60,000 nucleotides of DNA from Malacoraja senta (lineage: Eukaryota): assembly GCA_038087875.1 (NCBI GenBank), contig CM075989.1, forward strand, positions 14,696,001 to 14,756,000. The letters are read 5' to 3'. The position numbers and the translations under genes are program-made. Below the pieces are notes generated by a model. The model did not search any database. It had not been told where the DNA came from and saw nothing but the letters and a program-made list of their open reading frames with translations. This document shows positions 52,622 through 60,000 of the stretch, piece after piece. Position 1 is the first letter of the stretch. The number at the start of each line of letters is the position of its first letter.

Positions 52622-52905
52622 GTGTTTAGAGATACAGCATGGAAATAGGGCTTTCAGCCAAACATCGATCACTGCTTACACTAGTTCGATCCAATCACAT
52701 TATACAAGGGACAATTTACAGAATCCAATTGACCTACAAACCCACACATCTTTGGAATGTGGGAAGAAACAAAGCACCTGGAAGAAACCCATGCAGTCAC
52801 AGGGAGAACGTACGAACTCCGTATAGACAGCACCCGTATTCAGGATCGAACCTGGGTCTCTGGCGCTGTAAGGCAGCAACTCTACCGCTACGACGCTGTG
52901 CTGCC
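52622..52905 (-). mobile_element. tRNA-derived SINE (HE1/V-SINE type)
   Basis: Box B CAGGTTCGATCCTG on the minus strand and a LINE-derived tail. Confidence 0.78.
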
Positions 52906-53689
52906 TCCTGCATTTAAATTACCTGCAGACTCGAAGTTTGGCAATCCAATGCATGATTTTTTTTTATGTTTCTATGCTAAAGCTACAAACACAAGGTTCA
53001 GGAGTATGAGGCCTTGCCTGGAAACAGTTCAATCGGATTTTGATTGAGATGCTTTTCCACCAAGTCAGCATCACCGAGGCCACACACAAGCACCTGAACA
53101 AGCAGCAGTACTGGGGGTGGAGTACAAACATTTGCTGCAGTCAGCTAATGAACAGAAAATATTCAGCAACTCCCCCGCTCCAATCATTTAATACAGTGTA
53201 CATGTGGGGGCTGAATTAGAGATTAATTAAAAACCTCATAAATTGCTGGTGGATGTGGAAGTTGGTCCAGCTCTTCTGATGTCATCCATCCAGAAAGAAC
53301 CAAACTGATCGCACTAGCTAGATTAAGGGTCAATGTTTCCATCACCTCTTCTCCCTTTATTATCCATTTTAATGCATTAAGCTTCTAAACAAATCAAAGT
53401 TAGAAGTGGCAAATTTATGACGACATATTTTTGTCTGACAGTCATGATAATGAGGATAAAAATAGGATGCTGGAAATATCAACGTTCAGCATTAATGTTT
53501 AACGTCTATGTTCCCAAATTAAAATCACTCAATGCTTTACAATAGGTGTAAATACCAATTTTCCTTCTGAAACTGAGAGGACTGATCTATTTAAGAAAAT
53601 GGCAGATTTTCTTTAAAGTGAGGCTTTTCACGTTGATAAGTTTTCATTATGCTACATCAGTTCGGAATTAATTTCAGTCATTCATCAGA

Positions 53690-54650
53690 TAATATTTGGA
53701 TGAGAACATACAGGGCAAGATTAGCAAGTTTGCTGATGATACAAAAGTTAGTGGTTTTGCAGATAGTGAAGATGGTTGTGAAAGATTGCAGCAGGATCTG
53801 GATCGATTGGCCAGGTGGGCGGAGGAATGGTTGATGGAACTTAATACGGAAAAGTGCAAGGTGTTACATTTTGGGATGTCGAACAAGGGCAGGACCTACA
53901 CAGTAAATGGTAGGCCTCTGGGTAGTGTTGTAGAGCAGAGTGATCTAGGAGTACAGGTGCATGGTTCCATGAAGGTCGAGTCGCAGGTAGATCAGGTGGT
54001 CAAAAAGGCTTTTGGCGCTTTGGCCTTCATCAGTCAGAGTATTGAGTAGAGAAGTTGGGAGGTCATGTTGCAGTTGTATAAGATGTTGGTGAGACCGCAT
54101 TTAGAATATTGTGTTCAGTTCTGGGCACCATGTTACAGGAAAGATATTGTCAAGCTTGGAAGGGTTCAGAAAAGATCTACGAGGATGTTGCCAGGACTAG
54201 AGGATGTGAGCTATAGGAAGAGGTTGAGTAGGCTGGGTCTCTATTCCATGGAGCGCAGGAGGGTGAGGGGAGATCTTATAGAGGTATACAAAATCATGAG
54301 AGGAATAGATCGGGTAGAGGCACAGTCTTTTGCCCAGAGTAGGGGAATCGATGACCAGAGGACATTGGTTCAAGGTGAAGGGGAAAAGATCTAATAGTAA
54401 TCTGAGGGGTAACTTTTTCACATAAATGGAATGGTGGGTGCATGGAACAAGCTGCTAGATGAGGTAGTTGAGGCTGGGACTATCCCATCGTTTAAGAAAC
54501 GATTAGACAGGTACATGGATAGGACAGATTTGGAGGGATATGGACCAAGTGCTGGCAACTGGGACTAGTGTAGTTGGGACATTGTTGGCTGGTGTGGGCG
54601 AGTTGGGCCGAAGGGCCTGTTTCCACACTGTACCACTCTGTGACTATGAC
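53690..54650 (+). mobile_element. CR1 LINE reverse-transcriptase 3' fragment
   Basis: KISKFADDTK catalytic motif and [14 protein letters not shown], broken by a stop and frameshift. Ends in a GACTAT tail. Confidence 0.92.
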
Positions 54651-55712
54651 TATTATTTGTTTTGGTCACAAATGTAATCAATATCAGTGAACATAATCTA
54701 TACAAGTAAAAACAAACAACATGCTGGAAATATCAAGCAGCATCTGAAATGAGAAACAGTATGAAACAGGATGAGCAGTCGCTGGTTACATTCAGATTTC
54801 CATTTTCTCAATTTTGTTTTAGAATGCTAATTTCTAATTTTTAAATCTAAATTTTCTGCAAAAAATCTTTTACTTTTAAAAGTCTACTACGACAAAACCG
54901 GATGATGAATGGAGGTAGTTAGAGATAATGATGCCTGGGCACCATCCACAGGGCGCAAGGTTAGAACGATTACATTTGAAAGTGGAGAAAGCAGCTGATA
55001 TTAGTCTGAGAATTCTTCTTATTGCTTTCTGTTTGGCACTTTTTAAGATCATAAGTTTAAATTGACCAATTATCTTATCCAATTCAAAAAATATTCAATC
55101 AACAAAATGAGATAAATCTCTCGGACTTTGGTGCCCTGAGTGTTTACCGATACACATAAATATTGATTTCCCTCGGCAAGGCCAGCAGCATAATCAAGGA
55201 CGAGTCGCACCCGAGCCACTCTTTTCTTTTTAAAGAGAGATACAGTGTGGGAACAGGCCCTTCAGCCCACAGAGCCCGTGCAGACCAGCGATCCCCACAC
55301 ATTAACACTATCCTACACACACTGGGGACAATTTACACGCACACCAAGCCAATTAACCTACATACCTGTACGTCTTTGGAGTGTGGGAGGAAACCGAAGA
55401 TCTCGGAGTAACCCCAAGATCTATCTGTGCATAGACTTTGTACCAAATTGCATTTCCTTTTGGAAGAAAAAACATTCCTCCCTGTCCAGCAGCATTAAAA
55501 GGAAACATCAAGGCAGGAATGATTTGATGCCACATGCACCACACTGCATTCCTGTCTCAGAGCCAAATATGAAATTACTGCATTGCAACAGCTAATCACC
55601 AAGAATCCAGATGTGAACAAGTCCATTCCTTTCTGAGCTGTAAGTCAGGAACAAGTTTAAAAAACTCAGCTCCCCTGACAATTTGCATGGGACATTTTGG
55701 TTCATCCAGTGG

Positions 55713-55807
55713 AGGAAAGAACTGCAGATGCTGGTTTAAATCGAAGATAAACACAAAATGCTGGAGTAACTCAGTGGGACAGGCAGCATCTCTGGAGAGA
55801 AGGAATG
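55713..55807 (-). repeat. Truncated PLE terminal-repeat copy
   Basis: AACTGCAGATGCTGGTTTAAA...GCAGCATCTCTGGAGAGAAGGAATG flanked by GGTTCATCCAGTGG at 55699-55712 and 55808-55821. Confidence 0.8.
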
Positions 55808-56291
55808 GGTTCATCCAGTGGCAGGATGCAGATACACAAGAGGAGCGGGAAAAAACAAAGAAGCAGAATCCTGTCCCAACCCACAAGATGCTACATCGCT
55901 GGGATCAAAGAACTAGAACCAGAAGCATGAAATCTGACCAGTTACATCTACCCGGGTTTCAAGGCTATCACCGGCCAATTGTGGCATCGCACGATTATGA
56001 TGAGAAATTCAACGAGATCTATCCAACAGCATTATACAAATCCCAGCAAATGATGAAAGAAAGCTTTGAAGTCTGCATCATGTAACAGCAATAACTGGAA
56101 CAACTGTAAAATGCTGCCAAAGTCAAAGAAACCTTCAGGCACAAGATATCTGGTGACATGAAGACTGTGTGTCGGGGCAAGTGTGCAAAGCATGCCAGGG
56201 AAGTGAGGCCAGATTACTCCTCGCTGTGGGAGAATATGGGCTGGCTGGAACAAAGTATAAAGTAACTGTTTAAACCAAATCATTATTTTAA

Positions 56292-56351
56292 AAACACAAA
56301 CACACACACACATACACACATACACATACACACATACACACATACACACAT

Positions 56352-56429
<78 letters not shown>

Positions 56430-56503
56430 ACACACACACACACACATACACACACACACATACACACACACACACATACACATATATATACACACACACA
56501 CAC
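56292..56503. repeat. (CA)n/(CATA) microsatellite, about 210 bp
   Basis: Seen directly in the sequence. Confidence 0.97.
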
Positions 56504-57294
56504 GTGTCAGTTCAGCTAGTTCAGTTTAGTTTATTGTCATGTGTACCAAGGTACAGTGAAAAGCTTCTGTTGTCAGGTGAGTCTAATTTTATTGAATGAA
56601 TTTTAATTTTTGATATGGATTATTCTGGTCAGATACAGAAATTTCTGTATCTTAATGTACCATGCTTAAGGACAATAGATCCTTCCTATTTATTTTAAAT
56701 TCCACCTTATTTTATACACTTCAATCAGGTCTCCCCTCCGCTTTCCTGGTTCCAAAGAAAACTACTTTTGCTTATCTAATCATTCCTCATGGCTAAAAGT
56801 TCCTCTTTGGCATCTTCCCAACAGATAACGATAAATTTCACCCAACCTTGGCAATTTATGAATATTCAAAGATGTTAAATCCCTTAACCCTTCACTTTAC
56901 ACAACATTTATCCTAATCCATCTTTCACACCCTTCTACCTGAATTACATCAGCTGTGACCTCCTCTTCTGTGAAGGCAATCCCAAATTGTCCATCAAGAA
57001 CCTACCCATGTCCTGCATACAAGAGGCAGGTCTTGGATCCAGAAGAGACCATACTCTATAAAACATCCTTGCATTTTCTTTTCTTTTACTTCCCAGCAAT
57101 TGCTTCCATGCCCTCTTTGCCTTTTTTTTTAATGTAACAGAAAGTCTAGAATGGTATACAATGTATAAAAGAGAAATTTAGTTTGGTGCCCAACACAAAC
57201 AACCCTTTTATTTCAACCCTATGTGCACCTCCTCATCTAGACAATTCTGGAGTTTCACAGCAGAGATGTTAAAAGGCTCAATCAAGGAATAGAG

Positions 57295-58010
57295 ACACAT
57301 CGCAGCATGATTTGGGAACAGCTCCATCCAAGACCGCAAGAAATTGCAGAGAGTTGTGGATACAGCCCATTCCATCAGGCAAACCAACCTTCCATTGACT
57401 CCAACTACACTTCACACTGCATCGGCAAGGCCACCAACATAATCAAGGATCAGTCTCACCCTGGTCACCCCCTCTTCTCCCCTCTCTCATCAAGCGAGAG
57501 GTACAGAAGTTTGAAAACACACACCTCCAGATTCAGGGACAGTTTCTTCCCAGCTATTATCAGGCAACTGAACTGTCCTCTCACTAACTAAAGAGCTGTC
57601 CGGACCTCCCATCTACTTCATTGCAATTACACAAAAATGCTGGAGAAACTCAGCGGGTGCAGCAGCATCTATGGAGTGAAGGAAATAGGCAACGTTTCGG
57701 GCCGAAACCCTTCTTCAGACCCGAAACGTTGCCTATTTCCTTCGCTCCATAGATGCTGCTGCACCCGCTGAGTTTCTCCAGCATTTTTGTGTACCTGGGA
57801 TTTTCCAGCATCTGCAGTTCCTTCTTAAACACTTCATTGCAATATTTTTACTGGACTTTATCTTGCACTAAACGTTATACCCATTATCTGTATCTGTACA
57901 CTGTGGACGGCTTGAGTGTAATCATGTATAGCCTTTTCAGTGACTGGATAGCACGCAACACTTTAAAAAAAACTGTACCTCAGTTCACATGACAATAATA
58001 AACTAAACTA
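57295..58010 (+). mobile_element. Rex1/Babar-type LINE 3' end
   Basis: IIKDQSHPGHPLFSPLSSSERYRSLKTHTSRFRDSFFP motif and tail TGACAATAATAAACTAAACTA. Interrupted by the PLE fold-back at 57628. Confidence 0.78.
57628..57830. repeat. Fold-back PLE terminal-repeat insertion nested in a LINE 3' end
   Basis: Near-perfect inverted arms. 13-bp direct repeat ACTTCATTGCAAT at 57615-57627 and 57831-57843. Confidence 0.88.
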
Positions 58011-60000
58011 GAATCCCAGGAGAAGGGGCTGGACATGTAACAATGAAGTGGGGAGATTTCTTCATGGAGAAGGCTTGAATCTGTGGAATTCTCCAGCCCT
58101 GGGAGTGGGGTATGGAGTTCAATGATCCAAAGCTGAGATACTCTGGAGGCTAAAAGAAGCCAGGGGAAAAGACAGTAAATTGAGATTGGCGATCAGCTCT
58201 ATTCTTGTTGACAACCGAGCAGCTCAGAGGGCGATCTGCTCTTATACCAGTTGCCGGCAATGCTTCATAGGAGTTACAAAGCACAGGGCACTTTTTAGAA
58301 CAAGAGTTGAAGGTGTCTTTGTTCATCATTACTGGAGTATTTGAACTCATAATACATTACTGGGTTCTGTATCTCTGGCCTGTTTCATGCCTGGTCAAAC
58401 CTCTGCCACTGCTGGGGCTCCTGCCTGCCCTGGTGAGAGGGTTGCCAGCTGCTGCTGGGGTGAAGGCTTGAAACCTGCTTCTGGTGCGTACAAAACACTC
58501 ACTAATTGCATCATTTCAGGACCTGCCACAGGGGCATTGATCAGTGTGTGCTGCAGATACACTGAAAACAAAACACATCTGTATATCCATACACAGAAAA
58601 ACACAACAGCTCAGTGCTTTAGCTTGCAATATTGTGATTGATGTTTTTTTTTTTAAGTGGGTATTTTGTAAGTGTACTGTGTGCTTGAACGGTTCCATCT
58701 AGGTTTAAATGATTTTTACGGCATCAATATTCAATATAAATGCCAACCAAAAACTCGAACGAGCGGTTGGCAACAGTGCAACCTGCTGCACCCCCCAGAG
58801 AGGGCAGTTTCATTCTCCAGGGAGGCAAATCAGGCCCCAGTGCCCGGTCTGCACTCACTTCAGCAAAGCCACAAACAGTGAACTAGTTGCAGCATTGAAC
58901 CACATTATAACACAGCCACTGCTCACTCCAACCATCAGAACAGTTACTTAAAGACATTCTGGTCCTGGAGTTATTAAATCAGTGTGTTTTCACCCATCAG
59001 ATGGCCAAGCAACAACTTGAAGCACAACTACAAGATGAGGCAAACACAGAACAATGCATGTCATGCTAAATCACAGCAGGTCTCCATGCAGATGGGGCTG
59101 CTGTAAAAAAAACAACACACTGCAACTAGTCTCTTTGCCTGAGGTGCACACTCAGGATTTGGCTGATAAATCCCACAGGACCCACTCTGAAGGTATCGTC
59201 AGATGATGTCACTTCCCTGCTGCTTCCACTGGCACCCAGCATGCCTCATGATCTTCAAACAATGAGCAAACAGATTCATCAGCAGCCAGCAGCATGATAC
59301 TTAGCCAGGTGTAGACCTGCTTTGTTGCACCCCAACCTCCCCGTAATGAGGTTTGGAAGCCCTCAATAATTTATTTTTGTTTGCCCTAGGATGAGCCGCT
59401 TGCCGTTGAGAGCTGGAGATCAAGTCATAAATGGAAACTCAACAAGTGAAAAACCAAGCAGCTGTATTAAAAGGGATTCCTTCATGCCTGAAGTTTTCCC
59501 ATTCCCATAAATGTCCACATCCCAATGCAACAGCAAGACGTGACTTCCAGAAAACATACAAATCAGCAACTTTTCTCTTTGCCTCAATATTTCAGTCAAC
59601 TACAGGAGCAGAGAATGGAGCTTGAACTAAACAAGACAATGCACTTTGGAGTCAAGAGTCACAAACGTTCAGCACAGAAACTGGCCCTGGGCCTTCCTCG
59701 TCCACACCAACCTGCTTGCCCATCTACACTACTCCATTTACATGGAACAGTGCAGCACAGGACCAGGCTCCCGATGCTGCTGAAGAAAGGGGCAACTCGA
59801 AACATCGCCTACCCATGTTCTCCAGAGATGCCACCTGACTCCCCGAGTTACTCCAGCAACTTGTTTTTTAAAAATAAACCAGCCTTGAGCATCTTTACTT
59901 CTACATCTTCGCCCCACACCCTCTGTACTGAACATGATGCCGTTAAATTAATCTCCGCTGCCTGCACGTCAACCATATCCCTCCATATTTATTTATCCAC

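Noticed and set aside
56032..56503. Cys/Val-rich ORFs
   Set aside because: These are translations of the (CA)n microsatellite.
14371..56506. Scattered CACGTG/CATGTG E-boxes as MITF sites (RAB27A is a known MITF target in mammals)
   Set aside because: Isolated hexamers at roughly chance frequency, with no clustering or conservation data.
26000..60000. Exons of neighbouring genes such as PIGB or PIGBOS1, which are adjacent in human
   Set aside because: No recognisable coding sequence was found by eye. Small exons cannot be excluded.

Overview
Vertebrate genomic DNA, most likely from a cartilaginous fish (skate or ray). That assignment is inferred from the repeat content: HE1/V-SINE-type tRNA SINEs, CR1/HER1-type LINEs and very abundant Penelope-derived repeats. 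The only host gene I can support is RAB27A on the minus strand. Four coding exons (25439-25287, 10147-10062, 7553-7450, 4752-4629) have canonical GT-AG borders and splice in frame to [24 protein letters not shown]...[22 protein letters not shown]...[26 protein letters not shown]. The last coding exon was not found and presumably lies left of the window. The rest is intron or upstream DNA dense in transposable elements: a young full-length IR/DR Tc1 (Passport-like) element with a C-terminal frameshift, two hAT-Charlie-type MITEs, a CpG-rich TTAA-targeting MITE, L1, CR1, Rex/Babar and RTE fragments, and more than 20 Penelope-like-element (PLE) terminal fragments. The most striking signal is that the PLE fragments carry a minimal hammerhead-ribozyme core (CUGAAGA-A-stem II-GAAACGUH). 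Many form fold-back insertions flanked by 13-18 bp direct repeats, with the inversion point at the ribozyme motif. Most short ORFs in the track are noise. Borders of degenerate repeats are approximate.
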